Below, one piece after another: positions 1 to 12,540 of a stretch of 64,000 bases of DNA. Within the stretch, counting starts at the first letter, position 1, and each line of letters opens with the position of its first letter. The DNA lies in assembly GCA_951406725.2 (NCBI GenBank), contig OX597828.1:72354001-72418000 (forward strand), read 5' to 3'. The position numbers were made by a program, and so were the translations under genes. Under the pieces are notes generated by a model. The model had not been told where the DNA came from. It ran no database searches and saw only the letters and a program-made list of their open reading frames with translations. This DNA comes from Octopus vulgaris (Eukaryota).

Positions 1-522
1 CAACGTAGCTTTCGCGCCCGTGCAACTGCCAGTCTATCGCGTATGGTGGGTGGATCTTCAAGTAACTTAGAGTAGGCTCGAATTAGAGATTATTTTTTGT
101 GGCTAATGGCGCGAGTCCTGAATTGGAAGAAGAAGAACAGCAGCAGCAACAATAATTTTTATTGTCCGCAAGGGCGAAAGCCGTTTAGGTAAATAGAACG
201 AAGTAAACACCATCGATGGATTAAAAAGGAACCAACAAAAATAATGATCATGAGAATACTAAAAAAAAATATTCCGAGTATAGGAGAAAACCACCAAGCG
301 TATTTCGAGGAAAGCCCCCCACCCCACAAAGGTCCAGATTGTTCCGCAATATCCCAGGTATTTATGATGCTGATGAACTACAGGGCGAAGGAATGAAAGA
401 AAAAAATGGTAAAGAGAGTAGAGCAGAAGAGTAAAGGAGAAGAGTGAAGCAAAAGATTCAGAAAAGGGGGAAAAAAAAGGAAAAAGGAAAAAAAAACATT
501 GAATACAGTGCTAACAATTATA

Positions 523-744
523 TATTTCTTTACTACCCACAAGGGGCTAAACACAGAGAGGACAAACAAACGGATTAAATCGATTATATCGACCCCAGTG
601 CGTAACTGGTACTTATTTAATAGACCCCGAAAGGATAAAAGGTAAAGTCGACCTCGGCGGAATTTGAACTCACAACGTAGCGGCAGACGAAATACGGCTA
701 CGCATTTCGCCCGGCGTGCTAACGTCTCTGCCAGCTCGCCGCCT
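523..744 (-). mobile_element. tRNA-derived SINE family A (GGCGGCGAGCTGGCAG head)
   Basis: A box (TGGCAGA..GTTAG), B box (GAGTTCAAAT) and conserved core CCGAGGTCGACTTTRCCTTTCATCCTTTCGGGGTCGAT (resembles the Meta-type SINE core). More than 12 copies in the window. Confidence 0.9.
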
Positions 745-1256
745 ATAGGCTAACAATTATAGGCACAGGTATGGCTGTGTGGTAAGTAGCTTGATTACCA
801 ACCACATGGTCCCGGGTTCAGTCCCACTGCGGATCAAATGGGTCAACATTTTGTCCGGCACGGTTCTGCCAGCTCACCGTCTCAACAGCAGCCATCGTCT
901 ACTAAAATATCTCAGCTCCCACAATACACCAGAAGAAACCACAAATAAACAGTATAACATAACCAACACAGTCTGTACTTTGCACAGCCATCACCTTCAC
1001 CGAAACCGTTTCACACCAAGAAGCAATGTATAGTGTAACATAAACAGGCTATACTTTAGACGATTACTTCCCAATGAAATGACACAAGCACACACTCGTA
1101 CTTAATCGATATGTGACAATATTAAATTAACACCAATAACTCACACAACTCACAACTAGACAGCTATCAGACACGATAATATATAACACAATTCACACAG
1201 CGCACAGTTTACACAATCACCGCCTAGCATTAAATTGAAAACCTGATAATAATAGT

Positions 1257-1319
<63 letters not shown>

Positions 1320-1487
1320 AATAAAAATGATTACCATTTATTGGGCACAAGGATTTTACACATAAAATAGTATACGTTTTATGTCTATTGAAGTATACAT
1401 CTAAAATTAATGGGGAGGTGGAGGGAAATATGAGACAACAGATGAACAGTACATGGTATAATATTTATATATATATATGTGTGTATA

Positions 1488-2075
1488 AAGAGGAAAACAA
1501 CTAGTTTTAAATCTCTGAGCGAGAAATAAGTAGTAACACTACTACAGAGTAAAATCTATTTGCCAATGTAAAGTGGCAGTCCTGGTTAGGACGATGTTAC
1601 TACCTTTTCTTGAGACCCAGGTAAACATATTTTCCATCTGGCTACCGATGCACAGCTGCGTCCTTATACCTCGAACAAGGGAGCTAAACGGTACCTGTGG
1701 ACCATTGTTTCTGGGTTATTTCTCTTCATCGACACAGCGTAACTGTTGGCTCGAGATGGCAGCACTAGGCCTTGCTCGAGGTATATACTTTTAAAGTGGC
1801 ACACAGTTACTGATCTCGTAAAGAGGAAAACATTTAGTTTTAAATCCCTGAGCGAGAAGTAGTAACAGTGCTACAGAGTAAAATCTATTTGCCAACTTAA
1901 AGTGGTAGTCCTGGTAAGAGTGAGTGGAGACATAGGCTCCTTTGTTCGGGGTATAAGGACGCAGTTGTGCGTCGGTAGCCAGATAGAAAAGATGTTTTCC
2001 TGGGGCTAAAAAGAAGGTACTAACATTGTCCTAGTCAGGACTACCAATGTACATTGGCAAATAGATTTTACTCTC
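1488..2075. mobile_element. Cluster of three PLE-like terminal-repeat fragments (two minus, one plus)
   Basis: 1488-1590 is repeated at 1821-1915; 1546-1686 is inverted at 1936-2074. HHR motif at 1695-1737; fourth copy at 59778-60030. Confidence 0.6.
1695..1737 (-). ncRNA. Degenerate type I hammerhead motif in a PLE-like terminal repeat
   Basis: CTGTG-TCGATGA-AGAGAAATAACCCA-GAAA-CAATGG-TC-CACAG: 5-bp stem I and GUC site; core and stem II are decayed. The related copy at 59778 keeps a GGG/CCC stem II. Confidence 0.55.
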
Positions 2076-2209
2076 ACTCTTGTCCCCCTCCTCTCTCTCT
2101 ATACATACACACTCACATGTATTTACGTACACACGCACACACACACACATATATATATACATATATATGTATATATATATAGATATCCATACACACACAC
2201 ACACACACG

Positions 2210-2270
<61 letters not shown>

Positions 2271-2289
2271 GTTGGAAAGTAGGTAAGAA

Positions 2290-3395
2290 TTAAATAAAAA
2301 TCAATGCAGCACCAACAGCAAGAGAAGAATTAGAATTTTGGGGAGAAGTAAGGACAGGAGAATAATAAGCACAGACGAGATTCTTGAAACCAGTAAAAGC
2401 AGCATCAGAACATTCGATGGAACCCATATCAACTCAAAGAAATATCTCAGATGATAGAATAAAGAAACGATAGAAAACTTCTGACAATGGGAAATATCAA
2501 ATTCCTTGTTGGAATAGTCAACAGGTGTCCATTTTATGCGAGTTAACCATATTTCATAAAGCACTGAAAGAATTGGAAGCAACGGCTGATTGGTTCACTG
2601 AAGAGAGAAAATCCCTATTTTAATTCTCAACTAGAAAACCTTAAAAACTAAAGACCCATAACACGTCTTTCTATGTTTAACAAGACTTTAACGGAAATAA
2701 CATCAAAGAAGATAAAGAAATACCTGGAAAATGGAAACTTAATTGTAGAAAGAAACAAAACAAAAAAAAAAACAAGAAAAAAAGGGATGTTGCAAAGACC
2801 GAATAGTTATAAAGATCAATGATGGATTAATGAGACCATAACGGAAGGTTGTAGAAGGAGAAAGAAGGGCCTAATTAAAGCATGATTTGGTTTTGAAGTC
2901 ATTTCTGTTAGCTACACATGGATCCGGAAAATATTAGTAAGATAACAGAAAAAGAGGAAATTACAGGTATTAGTATAATCTTCACTGGAAGAGGAACATT
3001 ACAAAGAGAATAACTTACACCACTTGTTTTGTAGATTGAAGTTCATAGACAATAGAAACACTGCCACAGACAGTACAGGAATTTAATAGATTAATTTATA
3101 TGAGATTAAGATTAGAAAATATGCAAGACTGACTTTTAAGAGAGAAAAACCAAGAACACTAATGCAATGGTAGATAAAGACATGAGGATAAAGTAATTAA
3201 ACTTACAAACACTTAGAAACTAATAAAGATGAGTGCAGTTCTTAAGTGAAAATAAAAGCTAGATTAAAACTTTTAAGAAAGCTAAATACGAAAAATAAAA
3301 TATTAGGCATCCATACTATTGGTGTCCCAGTAATAAATGATAAAATATTCTCAATTGGATACTAAATGAATTGGTACAACTAGGCAGAAAAAAGC
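2290..3395 (+). pseudogene. Highly decayed R4/Dong-like non-LTR reverse transcriptase fragment
   Basis: Frameshifted motifs in the expected order: DWFTE, RPITRLSMFNKTLTEI, KGCCK, KDQ*WINETITEGCRRR, TWIRKIL, LNTKNKILGIHTIGVPV, NWILNEL. Confidence 0.6.
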
Positions 3396-3572
3396 TGGTA
3401 TCTAATTTACTTATGAGGCCAGCAATTTTGAGGTTAAAGGGATTAGTCGATTACATAGAGCCCAGCACATGGCAGTACTTCATTTTATCAACTCTAGAGA
3501 AATAAATGGTAAAATTGACCATGAAGTGGTTGAACTCAGAACGTAAAAATAAAAGGGACAAATGATGCAAGG

Positions 3573-3730
3573 CATCGACCCCAGTGTTTCGCTGGTACTT
3601 AATTTATCGACCCCCGAAAGGATGAAAGGCAAAGCCGACCTCGGTGGAATTTGAACTGAGGACGTAAAGACGGGCGAAACGCCGCTTAGCATTTTTCCCA
3701 GCGTGCTAACGTTTCTGCCAGCTCACCGCC

Positions 3731-3801
<71 letters not shown>

Positions 3802-4013
3802 CCTTTCTACTATAGGCACAAGGCCTGAAATTTTTGGGGAGGTAGCTAGTCGATTACATCGACCCTAGTGTTTCATTGGTACTTAATTTATAGACCCCGA
3901 AAGGATGGGAGGCAAAGTCAACCGCGGCGGAATTTGAACTCAGAACGTAGCAACAGACAAAAAACCGCTAAGCTTTTCGTCTAGCATGCTAACGACTCTG
4001 CCAGTTCGCCGCC

Positions 4014-4014
<1 letters not shown>
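3573..4014 (-). mobile_element. Two SINE family A copies separated by (AAT)n
   Basis: Head and core match 523-744. Confidence 0.88.
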
Positions 4015-4100
<86 letters not shown>

Positions 4101-5008
4101 GTTTATTAAAAAGCAATATTGATGGATTTATTATGAGGTTGTTCTAAACCAGAAATATTCATTAAAAAGCGATTCCGTATGACATAAAAGCAAGCGAGTT
4201 AGAGCGACTCCAGTGGAGAAGAAGAAAGTGAATTATTTGGAAATTTTTAATATAATATGCTTAAAGCTGTCACGGCCAGAAGAGCATATTTATTATGAGG
4301 AAATAATTAATAACAGTAACAGAAAGAAATTGTCAGAGTCAGCGAGAATAACTAATATTTGTGTAAAGCAACAAAAGAAACTGAGAGAAAACAAACAGTT
4401 CGCACTGGAAGAATGTTGGACAGCATGAAGATTAGGACAATTGTGATTAATTGGTTGCTTAAATGAACGACTTAATGAAGCCGAAAAACCAGCGAGTCAG
4501 TTAATTAATTGAAAAATAAGGAAACCAATAAACGCACAAAGAACGCAGTATACGTTGAATGAATATGGAGGACGAGAAGAATGAAAGTGAAACAATGTTT
4601 AGCAGGCGAGCTGTCAGGAGTTATTCAAACAAATGATTGAATTTCTCTGCCCTAAAAGACCGGTAAACAATTGGCAGCCGAGCCAAAGTAGGCTACAAAT
4701 GTATAAAAAAGCTGTTGTCTTCATTACTTTTCGGTGCTTCCATACAAGAGAAGAAAGCATTGTAAGAAGACAGACGTTCCAGTTAGCGATTTCATATTAG
4801 GCAGAAATACAGCTTTAAGTTATTGTTTGAGGAATTTGCATGCCAAAAGTACAAATTGTATTTTATGGTGAATAATAATACATAGGCACACAGACAGACA
4901 GACTGGCACACGGACATACACCTGTAGATGAATAATAGAAAATAGATTGAACATTATTTAAAATCACTAATTGTTTCGACACGTTTTTACAATACATACA
5001 TACATACA

Positions 5009-5413
5009 GGCGCAGGAGTGGCTGTGTGGTAAGTAGCTTGTTTACCAACCACATGGTTCCGGGTTCAGTCCCACTGCGTGGCACCTTGGGCAAGTGTCTT
5101 CTACTATAGCTTCGGGCCGACCAAAGCCTTGTGAGTGGATTTGGTAGACGGAAACTGAAAGAAGCCCGTCGTATATATATATATATATATATGCGTGTGT
5201 GTGTTTGTGTGTGTGTGTTTGTCCCCCTAGCATTGCTTGACAACCGATGCTGGTGTGTTTATGTCCCCGTTACTTAGCGGTTCGGCGAAAGAGACCGATA
5301 GAATAAGTACTGGGCTTCCAAAAGAATAAGTCCCGGGGTCGAGTTGCTCGATTAAAGGCGGTGCTCCAGCATGGCCACAGTCAAATGACTGAAACAAGTA
5401 AAAGAGTAAAGAG
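5009..5413 (+). mobile_element. Full-length tRNA-derived SINE family B (CORE-like; resembles octopus OR-type)
   Basis: GGCGCAGGAGTGGCTGTGTGGTAAG head, GGTTCAGTCCC B box, CCTTGGGCAAGT core, internal (TA)n(TG)n, and tail GGCGGTGCTCCAGCATGGCCACAGTCAAATGACTGAAAC. Confidence 0.9.
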
Positions 5414-5443
5414 TATACATACATACATACATACATACATACA

Positions 5444-5502
<59 letters not shown>

Positions 5503-5782
5503 TTATATATGAGGATAATATCAATATTTAAGTATCAATATTATCAAGTGGCCAGCATGGAAAAAATACCGTACAAAGGTAATAATTTTTAACAATTAAA
5601 AATGAGGGTGTCTAAGAGACACCAACATGCCGAAATAGCAGTCGAAATTCTGACTATAAAAATTGGCGGGCAATTTAACTGGCCGCGTGCATACGTACAT
5701 ATGTATTTATGTATGACGTTCGTATATGTAAGTATATCGTTTGTTCCGCATATATATATCTGTATTTATGTACCCTTGATAT

Positions 5783-5841
5783 ATTCAATTGATGACGGTA
5801 AAGCTTATTTAAAGCAAAACCAGAAATCCTGGATCTTGAAT
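5783..5841 (+). ncRNA. Type I hammerhead motif (C3U variant)
   Basis: ATTCAA-TTGATGA-CGGT...ACCA-GAAA-TCCTGGA-TC-TTGAAT: 6-bp stem I, near-palindromic stem III, predicted cut after 5835. Confidence 0.65.
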
Positions 5842-6055
5842 TATTCAATAACTTTTGCTTGTATATTTTGTCCCTCTGTCTTATCTCATGGTACGATATG
5901 AACACTTAACGTGGTTTTAATAGTCAGAATTTCGACTGCTATTTCGGCATGTTGGTGTCTCTTAGACACCCTCATTTTTAATTGTTATATATATATATAT
6001 AGAAGGAGCTTCTATAGGACTAGAACTGTTTCATTCAAGAGAAATCTTCAGGAAT

Positions 6056-6102
6056 CTTCCTGAAGATTTCTCTTGAATGAAACAGTTCTAGTCCTGTAGA
6101 AG
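6056..6102 (+). ncRNA. Type I hammerhead motif inside a ~54-bp-arm hairpin
   Basis: CTTC-CTGAAGA-TTTCTCTTGAAT-GAAA-CAGttctagtcCTG-TA-GAAG; canonical core, predicted cut after 6098. Confidence 0.7.
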
Positions 6103-6188
6103 CTCCTTCTATATAATAAATTAATTTTACTCTGCTATGTATTGAGTACCTTATTTACTGTGGTTAACCCCGAATCAACCCGGGACCT

Positions 6189-6234
<46 letters not shown>

Positions 6235-6615
6235 CAACGTCATTAAACATGGCTGAGGGTGTTAGAACATGGCTCAGTTGCTGCTGTCAACGCACATATA
6301 ATTGTATACATACATGCCGGCAGCGACCGTAGATGGCTGGGAACTAACGAACTGTATCGACTCTGCTCACGATGCTTCCGTCTAAAGTTGAACCCTTACA
6401 GTATAGAGATATCACAGTCGCCAGTTTCCGGCCATCTTTCCAGCCATAAAATAGAAGAATAAAAAACAAAAGTAGTTAGAAGAACACAGACTGGAGAATA
6501 AAGTTCAAAGTTCATCTTTTCAGCTGTGACCTTTATTTTCCGGTCTGTGTTCTTATATCTACTTTTAATCTTTGTTCTAATTTCCTTGTCTAGAGCTTTC
6601 ATACCTAATCACCTT

Positions 6616-6691
6616 GTCTCTGATGGCGGTATAATTAGTGTACGAACATACTAGCCTATCACTTGGGATGCCCCCGAAACAGCTGTAAGAC
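6616..6691 (+). ncRNA. Type I hammerhead motif (A9G, long loop II)
   Basis: GTCT-CTGATGG-CGG...CCC-GAAA-CAGCTG-TA-AGAC; palindromic stem III ACAGCTGT. Confidence 0.6.
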
Positions 6692-6849
6692 TTCAGATTT
6701 ACCTTACTCTAATTAAATTATCATAAATGACTTGAGATACTCGCCCTACCTTGGTTTTTGTTGTCATTTCCTCTAATTTGATTTAGTATTTCTAAATTGA
6801 ATTTTTTTCCCTGTAAGTTTGGTTTTATATTCCCTCAAATAATAATTAT

Positions 6850-6932
<83 letters not shown>

Positions 6933-7904
6933 TCACGGCAAATACTGACCTTATAAATAAAGTTATCTAAACTTGCACTCATAAATTTACAACTCCCCAG
7001 TGCTGAAGGGAACTGAACTCGAAATCACGTGGTTGCAGTCTACACACCCATACCTGCCCCTATATACACAGACATATATAGAATCATATATACGTTAATA
7101 TATATACACACATACAAACACGTATCTCTATTTACACACACACTGTAATACGCACACACACACGCATACGCTTACACACAAGCACGCAAACACGCACATA
7201 TATCTATATATGCATATACGATGGGCTTCTTTCAGTTTCCGTCGGCCAAATCCACCCATAAGACTTTAGTCGGCCCAGGGCTTGAGCTAAAGTGGAAGAC
7301 ACTTGCCCACGGTGTCACGCAGTGAGCTTGAGCCCTAAACCATGTAATTGGGAAGCAAGCTTCTTACCACACAGCCACAAATATTTTCAATGCTAATTTC
7401 CACTCCTATTTATCATTACAATCGCTAACATCTTTATTGTCTCCCCTTTTTATTGACCTCTTACAACATCGTTCGCCATTTTAGTTTGGCCATATAAAGT
7501 CTAAAAAACAAAAAGACTTTCTTTTGTCGCCTTGAGTTCAGTGACAAATGAGATAAAATCATTTCAGAGGACAAGATTTATTGGTTTATTAATTTAACCC
7601 AATGTGTATCCACTCCCAATTTCTCTTGTGTAAATGCAATAAAAATTGTTTGGTATTCTGTATATAAAACGAGTTTTTTCGATGTCAAATTGAAATGAAA
7701 TGGAAGTCACTGTGTTTGAACTGAGGAGAAACGGGCGTCGCTCGAAAAAACATCTGTATTTAGTTATTTTATTTATGTTTAATTTTATTTACAGTGTGAT
7801 AAAAATCCCATCAGTTAAACCGTGATGATAAATCAACCAGACCTTCCTACTAGATTTGAACGCAAAACTCAGAAGTTTCCATTTAAGCTTTTCAATAAAT
7901 ATTG

Positions 7905-8393
7905 TTTTCTACTCCAGGCACAAGGCCCGAAATTTTTGGGGAGGGTCCAGTCAATTAGATCGAACCCAGTACGAACAGAATACCTATTTCTTTACTACCC
8001 ACAAGGGGCTAAACACAGAGGGGACAAACAAGGACAGACAAAGGGATTAAGTCGATTACATCGATCCCAGTGCGTAACTGGTACTTAATTTTTCGACCCC
8101 AAAAGGATGAAAGGCAAACTCGACCTCGGCAGAACTCTGAACGTAGCGGTAGACGAAATACCTATTTTTTTACTACCCACAAGGGGCTAAACACAGAGAG
8201 GACAAACAAGGACTGACAAACGGATTAAGTCGATTGTATCGACCCCAGTGTGTAACTGGTACTTAATTTATCGACCCCGAAAGGATGAAAGGTAAAGTCG
8301 ATCTCGGCGGAATTTGAACTCAGAACGTAACGGTAGACGAAATACGGCGACGCATTTCGCCCGGCGTGCTAATGTTTCTGTCAGCTCGCCGCC
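7905..8393 (-). mobile_element. Multimeric SINE family A
   Basis: One head followed by repeated core-plus-tail modules. Confidence 0.88.
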
Positions 8394-9209
8394 TTTTTTC
8401 AATAAATATTTGAAGGACAGCGAGGTCGACTTTGCTTTCATCCTTTCGGGGGTCGATAAATTAAGTAACAGTTGCATACTAGGGTTGATCTAATCGACTG
8501 CCCCCCCCCTCCCTCAAAATTTTGGGCCTTGTGCCTAGAGTAGAAAAGGATATACGATAAGAGGGCAATTTGGTAGAAGAGTTAAGTGCCCCAAAAAGTG
8601 CTTTTAAGTATTTCATCTAGAGCTTTACAATCTCGCTGAGGTCGACTTTGCCTTTCAATTCTTTCGGAGGGGGTGGTCACTAAAATAAAAGTCCCAAATC
8701 AAGTGCTGGGATGGAAGGTGTTAACTAATTCCTACCACTTTATATTGCTGACCTTGTACCTAAACCCCAAAGCAAGATATTCTTTTCTACTCTAGGCACA
8801 AGGACCTAAATTTTTGGGGAGGGGGCCAGTCGATAAGATCGACCCCGGTACGCATTTCGACCCCGGCTACGCATTTCGCCCGGCGTGCTAACGCTTCTGC
8901 CAGCTCGCCTCCTTCTGTATTATATATACGACGGGCTTCTTTCAGTTTCTCTCAACCAAATCTATTCAAAGGACTTTGATTGACTCGAGTCTATAGCAAA
9001 AGTCACTTGCCCCAAGTACCATGCAATAGGACCGAACCCGGAACTATGTATTTGAAAAGCAAGCTTCTTTCTTACCACACAGCCACGCATGCGCCATATT
9101 AGATAATATAACAGTAAGCGAAACCTCAATTTTATGAACATTTAACTGGGATCTAGTCAAAAGAAATCGATATTTTATGTGTGTCTGTGTGTTGCAAATG
9201 CCTTAATTT

Positions 9210-9250
<41 letters not shown>

Positions 9251-9614
9251 CGTGTGTTGTGCGTGTGCGTACGTAGTAGGTGCCTTAAAATGAGTGCGTG
9301 TGTGTTCGTACATGCGCGTGTCAGCGAGCGGTGAGAGCCTGTTCAATTAGTGGCCATTTGCAAAGACATGAACATCGCAAAATATTAATGTCTCCTCACC
9401 ATTGAAACACAGGGTCTGTTTCTTTCTTTCTTTCTGGTTTTTTTTCATCTCATAAAGAACGGAACCAATATTTCTTTATGTGTGAAACGAGAGACACACA
9501 GAAGCAGAAGTAAAACCAATGGAAAAACCAAAAAAAAAAAAGAAGCAAATTTATTTCAGATTTTCCCCCAACTCGGTTGCTGTCACTGCTTGATTGAAAT
9601 GGATATAGCCTTTC

Positions 9615-10037
9615 TTTCATTTGCTTCAGTCATTTGACTGCGGCCACGCTGGAGCACTTCCTTCAGTCGAACAAATCGACCCCAGGTCTTATTCTTTGCG
9701 AGCCGAGTACTTATTACATCGGTTTCTTTTTTGCCGAACCGCTAGATTACAGGGACGTAAACACGCCAACATCAGTTGTCAAGCGATGGGGGTGGGGTAA
9801 CAAACACAGAAACACAGAAACACACACACACACACACACACAGAGACAGACAGACACACACACACACACAAATACGACGGGCTTCTTTCAGTTTCTGTCT
9901 ACCAAATCCACTCACAAGGCTTTGGTCGGCCCGAGGCTATCGAAGAAGACACTTGTCCAAGGTGCCACGCAGTGGGACTGAACCGGAACCATGTGGTTGG
10001 TAAGCAAGTTACTTACCACGCAGCCACTCCTGCGCCT
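9615..10037 (-). mobile_element. SINE family B, full length
   Basis: Reverse complement of 5009-5413. Confidence 0.9.
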
Positions 10038-10095
10038 GCATACATATATAAATTATTATAAAGAGCCGTGTGCAGTGCGATACCATAAAGGAAAA

Positions 10096-10389
10096 ATATA
10101 ATTGCTATTAAGGGCAGATAAGAGTATCAAGACACCTACATTGCTAGAAATAAGAGCTAAAATGCTCTAATGCTGTAGGAAAAGCACATAGATCTATACA
10201 TATGCGTTCACAGGGATTGCGATTGGTCAAAAACACCGATTCGAGAATTCCTGTTTCTGGACGATTACAGCCCCTGTGAGCGTGTGTATAGATTTATATG
10301 CTTTTCCTACAGCATTAGAGCATTTTAGCTCTTATTTCTAGCAATGTAGGTGTCTTGATACCCTTATCTAATCCTAATAGCAACTATAT
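10096..10389. mobile_element. Head-to-head inverted pair of PLE-like 3' repeats
   Basis: ~120-bp inverted arms; the same sequence follows the hammerhead at 22553-22760. Confidence 0.7.
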
Positions 10390-10392
10390 ATC

Positions 10393-10623
10393 TTTTATCT
10401 TTTACTTGTTTCAGTGATTAGACTGCGGCCATGCTGGAGCACCGTTTTGAAGAATTTTTAGTCGAAGGAATCGATCCTAGTATTTGTCTTTTTATTTAAA
10501 GTCTGGTACTTATTCTATCGGTCCCTTTTGCCGAACCGCTAGGTTACGGGGACGTAAACACACCAACATTGGTTATCAAGCGGTGATGTGGAGGGTTGGT
10601 GTTGGACAAACACAAACACAAAG

Positions 10624-10683
<60 letters not shown>

Positions 10684-10848
10684 GACGGGCTTCTTTCAGT
10701 TTCCGTCTACCAAATCCACTCACAAGGCTTTGGTCGGCCCGAGGCTATAGTAGAAGTCACTTGCCCAAGGTTTCACGCAGTGGGACTGAACGCGGAACCA
10801 TGTGGTTGGGAAGCAAACTTCTTACCACAGAGCCACGCCAACGCCTAT
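10393..10848 (-). mobile_element. SINE family B, full length
   Basis: Reverse complement of 5009-5413. Confidence 0.9.
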
Positions 10849-12333
10849 GTGCCACACACACACACACACACACACTCACATAATATATATATGTTAGAGC
10901 GAAAGATATTTGATATCTCTTCAGCGTATCATATATCAGGACATGCGATACTTTTATATTAAAACTGTAATTTTATCATTAACCGAATATTTAATCTAAC
11001 CATACCCGCATTAATTTTGAATACATCCCACCCTGCCCGTTTCTGTATTTGTTAAACTATCTTTCTCTTTAAGCTAAACTTTTATTAGTTTGACAATCTT
11101 AATTTCATTTTCCTTTTTCGTACGGATTCATTTCCCAGCCTCTCTCCCCCCCCTCCGCCATAACGCCTGCTTCTTTTTAATAGTAAATATGCTATCGGCC
11201 GTTCTCTACTCTAACAAAACGGCTTCTATTATGTTTAAGCTTAAATTTAGTGGTGCCGATATAAATCCATTGCTTTCACTATGTATTCTTGTATAATTTA
11301 GAACTTATGTTGACTTAAATGTCAGACGATACCTTATAAATTGTAACCAAATTGTCTTGGCTTTGCCGGCTACGATCTGGTTTATGTTTGCAGTGTGATT
11401 ACTGTTCAAACAAGTCTGTTCAAACGACTATGTGTGAGTCCACCGCCTCCCACTTGTACGGGTCTCCCACACCGGAGGAGAAGAAGAAGAAAAAAAAAAG
11501 AAAACTAGTTACAACAGCCAATGAACGATGATCATAGCAAGCAAACTTAGTTTGTACCGTGTGGACGACATCTTCACAATTGAATCGCATTTGATGATTT
11601 ATGTGAAAGATTGACAAGTCTTCAAAACGTAATCTAGTACACACAAGTGATTTTGTAGGATATTAGATAAATAACAGACAAAAAAATATCATTGAAATAA
11701 CAAAAATAAGCAAAAAGCAAGCAAACATGAAAGAAAGCAAGACAAAAAAGTAGTAGCAGTAGCAGCAGCAGCAGCTCTACTAATACTAGTGGGACATAAA
11801 AGTGTGCGAAGCAATTATTATATTATTATGGGAAATATTGTTCTTCAGAGGATGTTTGATGTAGAAATATATTTCGTTTTTAAATATAGACTGTCTGAGA
11901 ATTTTCCAGAAAGTTTCTCAAATGATACTGTAGCTAAAGTCTTAAACGTCTGTGACTTATTACTTAAGATCCGCTGCTTAATTAATTGAAGTTTGTTAAT
12001 AGCTTTTAATTTTGTCGGTCTCTAATTTAAGAAGGCGAATTATTCTTGTTAACACTCTCGTGAACCACACTTTGGAAATCTTTTGATTTCAGTAAGTAAA
12101 AGTGTGTAAGAAAGAAAGAAAGAAAGAAAGAAAGAAAATAGAAGTCTGTTACGGGTGGGTATGAAAGACGGGGTAGTTACATGAAGTGGGAGGGTAGGGA
12201 AAGTTGAGACATGTATCGGGTACTTTGAAGACTGTTATGGCGATAAACATTTACCCACCCGACATTCTGAACGTGTCAGAAAAGTCACTCAATATATACC
12301 CCACCATACACTCACACACACACGTTTATCGAC

Positions 12334-12365
<32 letters not shown>

Positions 12366-12479
12366 TCCAGTAATCGTCCAAGAATGGCCCGGAGACAAAT
12401 ATTGCATAGAATGGAAATCGGATTTTGTAATCTTATCCAAGAAGCAGTTCTTATCATTGGCTGAGAATGTTTAAGATTA

Positions 12480-12517
<38 letters not shown>

Positions 12518-12540
12518 TCTTATTATTGGTATTAACTTAC

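Noticed and set aside
4100-4870. Possible L1/Tx1-like C-terminal remnant (also 47360-47760)
   Set aside because: Only vague resemblance, with no motif I can state confidently.
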